Assembly: GCA_951406725.2 (NCBI GenBank)
Contig: OX597818.1
Coordinates: 18,104,001 to 18,168,000 of the forward strand
Source of the DNA: Octopus vulgaris
Taxonomy: Eukaryota
Direction of reading: 5' to 3'
DNA: 64,000 nt
Positions 53,168 through 64,000 of the stretch are shown piece after piece. The first letter of the stretch is position 1; every line of letters begins with the position of its first letter. The notes below the pieces were generated by a model, which saw only the letters and a list, made by a program, of their open reading frames with translations, made no database searches and was not told where the DNA came from. A program made the translations under genes and the position numbers.

Positions 53168-54479
53168 ATCTGTGTGTGTGTGTATCTGTTTGTTCTCCCC
53201 CACCGCTTGACAACCAGTGTTGGTTTAACATCCATAAAACTCAGTGGTTTGGCAGAAGCGACTGATGGAATAAGTACCAGGCTAAAAGAAAAATACTAGC
53301 TCAATTTCTTCAACTAAAAACTCCTCGAGGCAGTGCCCCAGACTGGCCACAGTTTAATGACTGATGCAAGTAAAAGATACAAGATAAACATACATGAAAA
53401 ATTTGATAACCAACTGCTTTCAACAAACAACACCTTGTGTGATATTTGTTCCACACAAGTTATACAAGCACTTCCTTGTCACTGCTGTTGGAAATTGTAA
53501 CCAACACTTATTCAAAAATGCATTACAATAAAAATAACTAATTAAATAAATGAAATAAGTAGGTATACATATGAGACAGGGACTTCAACAATATATTGAA
53601 TTTAATGAAATCTGATCTGAAACTTTTACATTGCTTGACAACAATAACCTCACAATATGCAACTTCAAATGACACAAATACAGAAATGACCTGCAACAAG
53701 TTGAGGCTTGATTCAATACCTGCTGTCCATTATATGAACACAAGTGACATTACCACAATCACCACAAAGTGTCTTCAATAACAACAATCACCACCACAAC
53801 TAACTACTTCCACTATGTTAAAAAAAAAAGCATTCAAGCTAAATGGGACTCATTATGAAATCAATCAATTCACTAGACACAGCAGTTAAAATCTCTCTCA
53901 CACCACACCTAAACATTTTAGAACAGAAACAAATGCAAGGGAAGGTGGAAGGCAAAACAAAACAAATAGAAAAAAGTATGGTATGGCAAACAAAAGAGAA
54001 AAATTGAGAATCAGCATAGTTGGCATAGATGATCTGAGGTTACACAATAAATGAAAAGCAGAGCAATTTTGAACTACATAATTTTTCTAAGTCTTCATAA
54101 GCTCTCACAGAAGGAGGTGTAAATTAATAGTACATACACACGTGTGTGTGCATGTATCATAATCTTCATAATTTTAACATCCAGTTTTCTATGCTTACAG
54201 AGTTTATAAAGGCATAATTCCTATGGCCAGATGCCCTTCTTGTTGCCAAACCTCACATATTTCCAAGCAAGGTAGTGTTTCCTCATAGCCAGACATGTTC
54301 TCAGAATATTGAAAATAAATGATACTACTTGAATGACAGTGACAATCATTTTATAATTATCATGCAATATCAAGAGAAACATATACACAACCACATTCTC
54401 TTCTAAAATATGAGTAGCCATATAAATACCTCTACAACAAGAAACTAGTTCTATTTTGGCCACTTCTTTCATATTTTTA

Positions 54480-55285
54480 AACTCCTCACTCCTAGCATAA
54501 AGCTGACCTCTCAAGGTTCCTAGTCTTGCAAGATGCATAGTGACCTCCGGACATGTCGGAGGAACTCCACCCTCCCGTTGCAAAGGGGAAAAGAAAGAGA
54601 AAGAAAAACGGAGCATTGCCGGCGACAGCATGTCCCGAAATCCCTTCGGTGGGATGTGTGCCACCGGATGGGGAGAAGAAGGAAATCTTGTCAGTGTGAT
54701 GTGTGCCACCGAGCGAGGTAGTTGAGGTCCCTCTTAATGAAAGTGATGAGGAATTTGCATTCCTCTATCGCAAGGTAGGGGTGATTGAGGAGTATGTGGC
54801 AAATAATCTTGATAGTCGGGTTCTGATGGACCCGATTTTTATTGACAGTCCAGAGTGGCCTTCGCAGATGGCTGCACTGGTACTGGAAAGAAAAGATTTT
54901 TTCCATCGGTCAAGATCCTTCCCAAAGGAGGAATACAGATTACTTTTTTGGGGCTCCAATTGGTGGTTCCAGGAATGCCTGCAGGCCGCAGAAGAGTTAA
55001 TTGAGGGAGTAATGTAAGAGGTTTATCGCCTCCATATGTATAAAATTTGTTTCCTTTGTGATGGACTTCTAGTCCAACTTTTTGTATATATTTGTAAGAG
55101 GTTTAATACCTCTATATATGTTGTTTTTAACGAACAATGTTTTAGAGAAGCAGGGGGTCGGCGAGTGCTTTCTGTCTTCTCTCATCTTTATCATCTTGTA
55201 TTATTATCGTTCGCCTCATTAATGTCTTGTCCAGCCCACAGCTACTCTGTATACTGCATTTATGGCAAATAAAATGAAATAAAGA
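54480..55285 (+). mobile_element. GC-rich ORF-bearing insertion with 3' UTR and AATAAA-rich end; probable retroposon or retropseudogene
   Basis: ATG at 54553 is in frame with the ORF ending at 55017, broken by one TGA at 54697. The end ...ttgtccagccc...ggcaaataaaatgaaataaag resembles a local SINE tail. Confidence 0.5.
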
Positions 55286-55546
55286 AGCATGGTGACCTCA
55301 CTAATGTTGGGGCCATGAGAAAAGCACCTAGTAGTATTTGCTGTAAAATGGTTATGTTTGCAACAGCATCTAGTCACAGAAACCAAGCCAAAGCAGACAT
55401 TGGAGCCTGATGCAGTCCTTGGATCCATAGATTCCTATCAAAGTGTCCAGTCATGCTAGCACAAAACATGAATATTTATTGTTGTTGTTGATGATGATGA
55501 TTATGTATGCTTATGAATGTGGGTATATACATGTTACTGTGTGTGA

Positions 55547-55582
<36 letters not shown>

Positions 55583-57409
55583 TTAGGTGCAGGCATGTGG
55601 TAAGAAGATTGCTTCCCAACAAATTCTGGGTTGGTTCACTCCCACTGAGTGGCACCTTGGGCAAGTGACTTCTACTATAACCTCAGGCCGACCAAAGCCT
55701 TGTGAGTGGAATTGGTAGGTAGAGAAAAAAGCCTATCATCTGTGTGCATGTATCTAAGCATGTGTCTTTATGTCTGTTTGTGCCCCCCCCCCCCACACCA
55801 CTTGACAACTGGTGGTGGTGTGTTTACATTCCTGCAATTTGGTGGTTCGGCAAAAGAGACTGACAGAATAAGTACTAGGCTTGAAAAAAAAATGTCCTGG
55901 GGTCGATTTGTTCAACTAAAACCCTTCAAGGCACTGCTCCAGCATGGCCACAATCAAATGACCGAAACAAGTAAACGAATAAATATATATAAACACACAC
56001 ACACTTGCACATATATGTGCACACATATGTATATATAAAACAGGCAGAGTTTTTATTATTCAGGAAAGTTTAATACCATAAGCAACCAACATATGTAATT
56101 TAAGAAGTACATATTATGTAAACTGATACAATATAGAAATGGAATAAATGAAGATTAAACATAAATAAAAACCAAAATGTCTGGATAATGTTAAATATAT
56201 CGCTGTTCAACCCTCACCCTCAAGCAGCAATGAAACTGGAATTTACAGGTGTATAGCACTTTTGACTCACAAATTGTCAGAATCTTAGAATTTTTTGTAT
56301 CAATCAATTATGGAACAATGACAGCTGTTTTAAGTTGTTGACTGCTAAATGTATGGATACCACTGTAAATGGTGTGTTGTGTGTCTGTTCCCTTGAGGTA
56401 TGTATGTCTAAGCTTGCTTAGCCATTACTCAAAAGCAAGAATAACAAGTAGCTTGTACCAGGCCTTTTCTAATTGTTTTGGGTGGGTATGTTACTTTACA
56501 GTGTGGACATAAAAGCATCCAGTCCACATTGTAAAGAGGTTTATGTATGGAAGGGCATCCAGCTGTAAAAACCATGCCAAAACTGACTTCACCTGTACTT
56601 ATCATCATCATCGCTTAACGTCCACCTTCCATGCTGGCATGGTTTGACAAGAGCCAGCCAGGCAGGAGCCAACACCAGACTTCTGTAACTGTTTTAGCAG
56701 GATTTTTACAGCTGGATGCCCTTCCTAACACTAACCACTCAGCAGAATGGATTTAGGCTTTTTACATGGCACAAGCACAGACGAGGTCAGTTTTGGCAAG
56801 GTTTTTTATAGCTGGATGCCCTTCCAAACACCAACCACTTTACAGTGTGGACTGAGTCCTTTAAAGTAGCACCTACACTGACAGTCACCAAGTACTTGCA
56901 AGACAAAAAACAAAACTCTTTTAAGAGGGGAGGGGGCATTGGAGGAGGTGATCTTGTGTCAGATGATGAGAGGTTATAGCAAGACACAAACAGGTGTCTT
57001 ACTATAGAGGAGGTAGAAGGTTACCCAGCCGGGAGAGGGGGTTTTAAAGAGAGAGAGAGAGAGAGAGATCAAAAATGAGAACAGAAACAGGTGCACAGCT
57101 GCAAAGGAAATACATGGTTACCCAACCTGAGGGAAGTGCAGGGGAAGGAGAGAGAGAGAGAGAGAAAGAGAGAGAGACAGCAGGATAGAGATGATGGCAA
57201 AGTGTCCGGCATACACAAAAGGGACAGGGATCAGAATATAAATGGGATGGTTGAGAGAAATATAGATGGTGGCAAGTGCTAGGGCATACTCTTGAGGTTC
57301 GTAAGTCATGATATAAATGGCAGGATATTGTGAGGAAGCATTAGAGAATGTGGAGGGGGGAGAGGCGAAAACCTGGGTATATGTAGAGTCAGGGGGAGGG
57401 GCAGGCTAC

Positions 57410-57705
57410 CGGATAGCAATGATACAGAGGAACAGGGCCATGAGAACAAGATTGCGGAGTGAGAGATAGGCATAGTATATGAAGGAGGAAATGTGAGGAA
57501 GAGATGTAGATTGGTTTGTTAGGGTAGGGTCTGTGGAAAGTTTTATTGGTGTGTATGTGTGGAACACACAGGTTGGGGGCTAGCAGAGAGCAATGATACA
57601 GCAGGACAGGGCCAAGAGGACAGGATTGGGGAGTGTAAGGTAAGCACAGTGCATGAAGTGGAAATGCAAGGAAGAGAAGAGATGTAGTTTGGTTTGTTGT
57701 GATAG
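57410..57705. repeat. Diverged direct duplication, period about 174 bp
   Basis: agcaatgatacag...acagggcca.gag.aca.gatt...gaagagatgtag.ttggtttgtt occurs at about 57415 and 57589. Confidence 0.8.
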
Positions 57706-57831
57706 AATGCGTGAGAAGTTTTCTTGTTAAGTGTGGGTGGGACACACAGCACTTCTAGAACTCAGTTTCACTGACATGGTATGTGTGTATGTGTGCCAAT
57801 TTCATTACATTTCATTTCAGAATAGACTCAC

Positions 57832-57903
57832 CTTTCTGCTGTTGCTTGCTGCTGATGACAACACAACAAACTACGCAGTATCCGGTCAGCAGGACAGTCG
57901 AAA
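57832..57903 (-). other. Candidate 72-nt exon (3' UTR exon or alternative coding exon)
   Basis: ctactactttcactttAG|tttcgactg...gcagaaAG|GTGAGT. Unique, CpG-containing island between repeats. Confidence 0.6.
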
Positions 57904-58998
57904 CTAAAGTGAAAGTAGTAGTGATGGTGATGGTGGTACAGGTGGTGGTGGTGATGATAGTAGTAGTAGTTTTGTCCCAGGTCAACTAACAATATAGAAA
58001 GCTAGAGGAGGACCTGTAATGCTAAAAAGTGCCCCCAACCCAACTAGCTTTTGGTCTTTTTTAAGTGTGGATAGATCCATCTAGGATCACATTAGCTAAT
58101 GTGTCTTACTTTTTTTTCTTCTCAATTAAGATGTTAGAGTTTGATTTCAAAGAAAACTTCAGTGCTATTTTTTGCAGGTTAACTAACCAAGCAGTAGTAG
58201 TAGTAGTAGTAGTAGTATAGTAGTTGTTGTTGTTTGATGTTAGGATAATAAATAAAAGCACTGTAAAAGGTCATCACTATGGCAAAATAACCGATGCAGG
58301 TAATTTCTTTATTTCATACAAGGGTACTAGACATTACTTACAAACCCATAGAGCACTGGGATTTGCACTTACATAGCATGGACTGCTGTGCACATTTTAT
58401 GAAAATGAGACTACCATGTACACATAAAAAACAAAAACTAGTTAAAATATCTTCTTAGTATATAATGGTGGCAAGTTTTACACCATCTGAAAAGTCATTA
58501 GTTGAACTATTAGTCCTCTTGCATTCTGGGAGTACTGGAGCGTTTGAGCGACATTAGACCCCAACAAACGTTCATAAATTAAATGCATCTATCTCGGCCA
58601 CGATCGTGGCCTGTTGACCTGTACCTGATGGCCCATCACGCTTTATGCGTTAACAACAATAACCATTTCTACAATAGGCAAAAGGACTGAAATTTTTTTT
58701 TTTTTGGTGGGGGTCGAGTTAATTACATTGACTTCAGTCAATGTACTGGTACTTATTTTATCGACCCCTGAAAAGATTAAAAGCAAACTAGATCCCAGCA
58801 GAATAATGTCAATAATAAGTTCGGGATGGAGTCAGTCAATTATATCGACCCCAGTGCTTAACTGGTACTTGTTTTATTGACCCAGAAAAGATGAATGGTA
58901 AAGTTGACCTTGGCAGAATTTAAACTCAGAACGTACACACGGACGAAATACTAGGAAGTATTTAGCCCAGCATGCTAACGACTCTGCCAGCTCACTGC

Positions 58999-61270
58999 TT
59001 TTTTTTTAGGGCCACTTTCGGTCATGGCTGACCATGGGTATCACGTCCGTCCATTTATTGTCTAGGTTGGGCCACTTGGCTTGAGCAGCGCCTCCTGTGG
59101 CTATGGAAACCAATGTGAAAATGACAGTCTTGGTCGCATAGATCGCATTTGTGTGTGGATTCTGGTCTGTAGGCTGTCGATCCCTTACGTTAGGCTTGCT
59201 TTTCTGCAACTGCTTCTCTTCACCAATCCGTAGCAGTTTGAGAAGTGTGCTTTTCCACCTGATGCGGTCCACTACCAGGTCCCCCCCAGGAGTTGATGTC
59301 GATGTTGAGCGTCTTCATGTCCCTCTGTCCTGCTGCGAGTTCTCCGTAAAGAATGTCTTTTGGGATTCAGTTGTCCTCCATACAGTGAATGTGGCCTATC
59401 CAGCATAGTTGATGTTGCCTCAGCAAGTTTATATGGAAAGAAGGCCAGCACGAGTCAGGACGTTGGTGTTGGTAACATTGTCCTGCCAGGAGATACCGAG
59501 TATGCATCGTAGGTTTTTGAGATGGAAGCTGTTCAGCTTTTTTTGCCTGACAGGCATATGTGGTCCATGTCTCGCTGCTATACAAGAGGGTGCTGAGGAT
59601 TTAGGTACTGTACACAACCATCTTTGTTTTCACTGTCAACTTTGGGTTTGTCCACACTCTTGATGTGAGGCACGTGAGTGTAGTGGCTGCCTTCTCAATT
59701 CTGTTATCAATCTCGGCATCGAGAGAGAAGTTGTCAGTGATGGTGGACCCAAGGTAGGTGAATTGATGAACAACTTCAAGTTCGTAGTCATCGATGGTGA
59801 TAACTGGTTGTGCTGGTGTGCCTTATACCAGGACATTTATCTTCTTCGGGCTGATGATCAGCCCGAAGTCCTTGCAGGCCTGGGAGAGGCAGTCCATTAG
59901 CAGCTGCAGCTCCCGTTGGGAGTGGGTCGTAATTGCAGTGTCATCAGCAAATAAAATGTCTCTGATGACAGCTTCACAGACCTTTGTCCTCGTTTTTAGG
60001 CAGCCAAGATTGAAGAGCCTGCCATCTGATCTGGTCTGCATATAGATTCCTTCTTGTGCTGTGCTGAAAGTGCGTTTCAGAAGGAGAGAGAAGATCCCAA
60101 AGAGCATTGAGGCGAGCACACAGCCTTGCTCGACTCTGCTGTGTATGTCGAAGGGCTCAGAGAGGTTGTCATTGAACTGCACAGTTCCCTTCATATTTGA
60201 GTGAAAGGACTCAATTAAGCTATGCTGTCTTGGTGGGCAGCCAATCTTACAGAGAGCCTTGAAGAGGCTGTCTCTGCTGCTGAGGTTGAAGGCCTTGGTG
60301 AGATCGATGAATACAACATATAGGAGCCTCTGCTGCTCCCTGCACTTTTCCTGTAGTTGACGAAGGAAGATCATGACTACAGTGGACTTTTCAGCTCGGA
60401 AGCCGCATTGTGATTCTGGGTAGACATGCTCAGCCAACTTCTGCAGACAGGTAAGAAGGACCTGGGCGTAGACTTTGCCAACGATGTTGAGGAGGGAGAT
60501 GCCCCAATAGTTGTCACAGTTGCTTCTTTTGCCCTTGTTTTTGTACAGGGTAATAAATCTTTGCATCTCTCATGTCTTGCAGTACAGCTCCCTCTCTCCA
60601 GCACTGGCAGAGGACTTCATGCAAAGGGTGCAGTAGGGTAATCTTGCAGTGTTTGATGAGATCTGGTGGAATACTGTTGCTGCCTGGAGCTTTGCCAGCT
60701 GCTAGACAGTCGATGGCCTTGCTGACTCCACCCGTCTGTCCATTTGTCAGCCTTGATCAGTGATGACTTCCCCAGTGAGGGATTTGAGGGGAGCTGTCTT
60801 ATTCTGCATTGGTCCCAGCACCCTCTTGATGCCATCGTACACCCCTCTGATGTTGCCAGTTGCGGTGGCTATATGGATTGACTCACTGAGCTCTGTCCAG
60901 TATTCAATGTCACAGCGCCTGGTGGTGTGCTGGACCTTGCTCTTGGCAGTCCTCAGAATCTGCAGGTTCCTCTCAGTGGGTGACCGCTTATATTCCACCA
61001 GTGAACCTGGTTTAGCTTCAATTACAGGGGTCATCTGAAGCGACATGGCCTCAAACCAGTCATGAGACTTTGAAGTCTTCTTTCCAAAGATAGACAAGGC
61101 TGTGCATTGGATTTTCTCTCATAGAGTTTCCCATCTCTCTGTGGCAGTATCTCTGGACTGTGTTGCATCATACTCCTCCTCAAAGGCCTCTGCAAACTGT
61201 TCTACAAGGTCGGGCTGAGACATCTTGTTGAAATGTATGTGTAGGGTTCCTGATTTCTTTGCAGGGATAC
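58999..61270 (-). mobile_element. 5'-truncated, frameshifted RTE (BovB-like) LINE with reverse transcriptase domain
   Basis: ORF fragments LYKNKG..CDNYWGISLL, PESQCGFR, FIDLTKAF, VEQGCVLA, ILFADD, YSSETWT, ILGISWQD, WIGH. The ORF ends ..PMVSHDRKWP* directly into a short poly(A) at 58999-59007. Confidence 0.95.
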
Positions 61271-61433
61271 ATGCTCTCATTTGAAGGTGAACATTGCTAT
61301 TGAGAGAAACGGTGACTATGTTGAGAAGTAGGCATGTGATCCAGAGGACCAGCATGATATTGATGTGTGATACATGATCCTGTGTTAGTAATTATACCTG
61401 TCCTAAACAATATGGCATTACTTTTTGACTCAC

Positions 61434-61706
61434 CTTCGTATTATCATTATTATATACTTCACTGGTTTGGGACAATAGGACGAATAAATGAAAACGTAGT
61501 GGATTTATATTCCAGTTAAATAAAAATAAAAAACTTGTAAGAAAAAATCCCAGCAAATACGAAGTATGATGGAGGTGGGAAAAAGTTAAAAGGTAAAACT
61601 AAAGAACAACAAGAATGAGAGAGAAGCGTTGGATCGAAGCATGTCAGATTTCGAAGTTGAAAAAGAAAATAAAGGCTCCGTTGTGTATCCGCGTGTGTGT
61701 GGTGTG
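61434..61706 (-). other. 3' UTR part of the stop-containing exon, ending at a consensus splice donor
   Basis: Minus strand GAAG|GTGAGT at 61434/61433. No AATAAA seen on the minus strand between the stop and the donor. Confidence 0.6.
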
Positions 61707-61864
61707 TCAAGCAGACATTGTCGATTGGTTTAGAAGTTTGCTTTGCAAATCATGCAGACGTGGAAATCTCGGATCCATGTCTTTCAGCACAGCTTCGGGG
61801 CTACTCAAACCCTTTTTGAGGTATAGGGAGACAGAAAGCTGTGGAAGCTCGACGGACTTGTAAT
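61707..61864 (-). CDS. Last coding segment of the same gene, ending at TGA 61709-61707
   Basis: Acceptor ggtctttcaattacAG|AT TAC AAG. Reads (D)YKSVELPQLSVSLYLKKGLSSPEAVLKDMDPRFPRLHDLQSKLLNQSTMSA*. The only long open frame is the one predicted by the upstream exon phase. Sequence is unique and CpG-retaining. Confidence 0.75.
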
Positions 61865-62855
61865 CTGTAATTGAAAGACCCCCTCCACCTCTCTCTCTCT
61901 CTCACTGCAACGCAACAAACTATCATCTAAGAATTATGTTAGGGGGCGTTCCTATAAAATAGTGTCGGGAAATTCTTTGGCAGAGCACATGTTTTAAGCA
62001 TTGCAGATTACGAATCTGTATATAAAAAAAAAGTGAGGAAGGTGTCTCCCCTTCCCCGTTTTCTTTTTGCTGTTGACTTTTTTAATCGAAAAAAAATTTG
62101 TTTAGATGTATATAACACATATTTTCGAAGACTCATAATCTCAGATATTTAAAACATAAATCGGGGGAAAAAAAGTTTTTCAAAAGAAAGTCAAAACTGA
62201 AAAATTACGGAAAGTGTGGGACGACAGGGGGTGGGAGTGAGAATGCTCTAATCCGCCCTCTCAAAAAAAAAAAAAAAAAAGAAAAGAAAAATCTTCTCTT
62301 GCAGAATTGTAAATCTACGATGTTTAATTTAAAGCGTATTCGAAGAAATCATGGCTTTTGGCGCACTAGATAATTTCTGACGTTATTCCATAGGAAAACT
62401 CTTTAAGGGTAAAAGTGTTAGTAGCATTATATATTCAGGCACGTTAGTTCAATGCATAAGGCTTTTGTGCGCGCGCGTATATACATACGTACAGAGAAAA
62501 TTGTTAGAACAGAGAATAAATAGTGTTCAAAACAACCGTGGTGGTTGTTGTGATGGTAGCGGTGACGTTAGGTATGGGAGAAAATAATTGTGAAAGTGAG
62601 TGGTGGTGTAGAGACGAGACGGTTTTCCCATTTAATGTTCGCTACAAAACCAACCCAACACAATTACCGCATGTTATATACTTCCTATAACCACCCGAAC
62701 CACTTTCTACAGCCACGTCGAACCACAGAAACCAATACAACCATCATCATCATCACCACCAACAACCACTACAACGATTAAAAACCGGAACACGCACCAC
62801 CACCACTACAACACGTACCACGACTAATAACTTAACTACGCAGTGGAATTAATAC

Positions 62856-62942
62856 CTGATTCATACATGAAATCGCTAACGTTGATTTCCTTAACTATGC
62901 TCAACATGTATAGGACATCTATAGGGTTGTATCTAAACGTCC
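62856..62942 (-). CDS. Internal coding exon (87 nt, phase 1 to phase 1) of an unidentified protein-coding gene that enters from the right of the window
   Basis: Minus strand reads ccatctcatcttgcAG|GG ACG TTT...GAA TCA G|GTatta. Translation xTFRYNPIDVLYMLSIVKEINVSDFMYES is open and joins in phase with the next exon (G|AT = Asp). Confidence 0.75.
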
Positions 62943-63534
62943 CTGCAAGATGAGATGGTGATACGGTTTCTATTTCCGAATAAAGCCAATTCTCTTCACT
63001 GAAATTATGTTTGTGAAACGCATATTACAACAACGCACAGAGTTAAAAATAAATCTTCCAGAAGGTGGGGGAAATGTGTTTATCGACCGACGTAAGTTGA
63101 GCGAATTCAAAGTTTTCGACCTGGTCACACCATCAAGCTAGAAAGAGCAGCTACTATATCTACCAGGAGATTACCACCCTAGATGTGATTCTCAATATTT
63201 TAACTAACAGAGGTGAAATAATAGTAATAGTTTCCGATTCAGGTACAAGGCCAACAATTCGAGGGGAAGAGTGTTAATCGATACCAATGATTACCACCTC
63301 TGGCTGGTACTCTATTTTATCGACCTCCGGAGTTGACTCCCCGGTGGGATTTGAATTTAGAATTTAATTAACCGAACAAATACAGCAAAGCATTTTCCCG
63401 ACGCTTTAGATTCTACCAGCAATTAAATAAAATAATAATGATAAATAACAATAACAAAAAAAACCTCACTCCCTTCGCACGAAAAGCTTAAAAACTTGTT
63501 CTAAAGTTATATTTTAGAAGAAAAAAAAAATATA

Positions 63535-63757
63535 TATGTTTATTACCCACAAGGGGCTAAACAGAGAGGACAACAAGGACAAACGAATTAAGTCGATTAC
63601 ATCGACCCCAGTGCGTAACTGGTACTTAATTTATCGACCCCAAAAGGATGAAAGCAAAGTCGACCTCGGCGGAATTTGAACTCAGAACGTAACGGCAGAC
63701 GAAATACGGCTACGCATTTCGCCAGGCGTGCTAACGATTCTGCCAGCTCGCCGCCTT
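63535..63757 (-). mobile_element. SINE family A, young copy, head-to-head with a family B SINE starting at about 63765
   Basis: CpG-rich copy of the family A consensus. Confidence 0.9.
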
Positions 63758-64000
63758 CCATATATAGGCGCACAACCACATGGTTCCGGGTTCAGTCCCA
63801 CTGCGTGGCACCTTGGACAAGTGTCTTCTACTATAACCTCGGGTCGACCAAAGTGAGTGGATTTCGTATATATTTATGTGAATGTGTGTTTTTGTGCCTG
63901 TTTGTCCCCACCCCCTCACAGCTTGACAACCGGTGTTGGTGTACTTACGTCCCCGTAACTTAACGGTTAGGCAAAATAGACCGATAGCATAAGTACCAGG

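Noticed and set aside
54697-54699. In-frame TGA as selenocysteine
   Set aside because: It aligns with GGA (Gly) in the adjacent internal repeat, and I see no SECIS-like element downstream; a nonsense mutation is simpler.
61740-61790. MDPRFPRL resemblance to the four-jointed/FJX1 C-terminus
   Set aside because: Only a few residues match and the preceding sequence does not fit, so no gene symbol was assigned.
1-64000. Conserved bilaterian miRNAs, rRNA or snRNA genes
   Set aside because: None recognised by eye; this does not exclude lineage-specific ones.

Overview
AT-rich eukaryotic genomic DNA packed with repeats. The SINE repertoire (tRNA-derived heads with CORE-like, V-like and other conserved bodies), the microsatellite load and the LINE mix look like an octopus (coleoid cephalopod) genome; this is recognition by eye, not a database hit. 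Almost all ORFs in the supplied track are microsatellite or SINE noise. Real structure: (1) the 3' end of a spliced minus-strand protein-coding gene missed by the ORF track. It has two phase-compatible coding exons (62942-62856, 61864-61707) followed by candidate exons (57903-57832, 50767-50665, 45262-~44330) that form either an intron-containing 3' UTR or an alternative in-frame C-terminus. (2) Several plus-strand exon candidates at 5-30 kb. (3) Retroelement relics: RTE/BovB-like, R4/Dong-like, CR1-like, another old LINE, a solo-LTR-like piece, a Penelope-type terminal repeat with a minimal hammerhead motif, and an orphan ORF-bearing retroposon. (4) DNA transposons: a deleted mariner and hAT-, piggyBac- and Kolobok-like MITEs. 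(5) A 26-bp minisatellite with a 156-bp higher-order repeat that starts with four phased estrogen-response-element-type palindromes. Coordinates were read by hand, so repeat edges are approximate.
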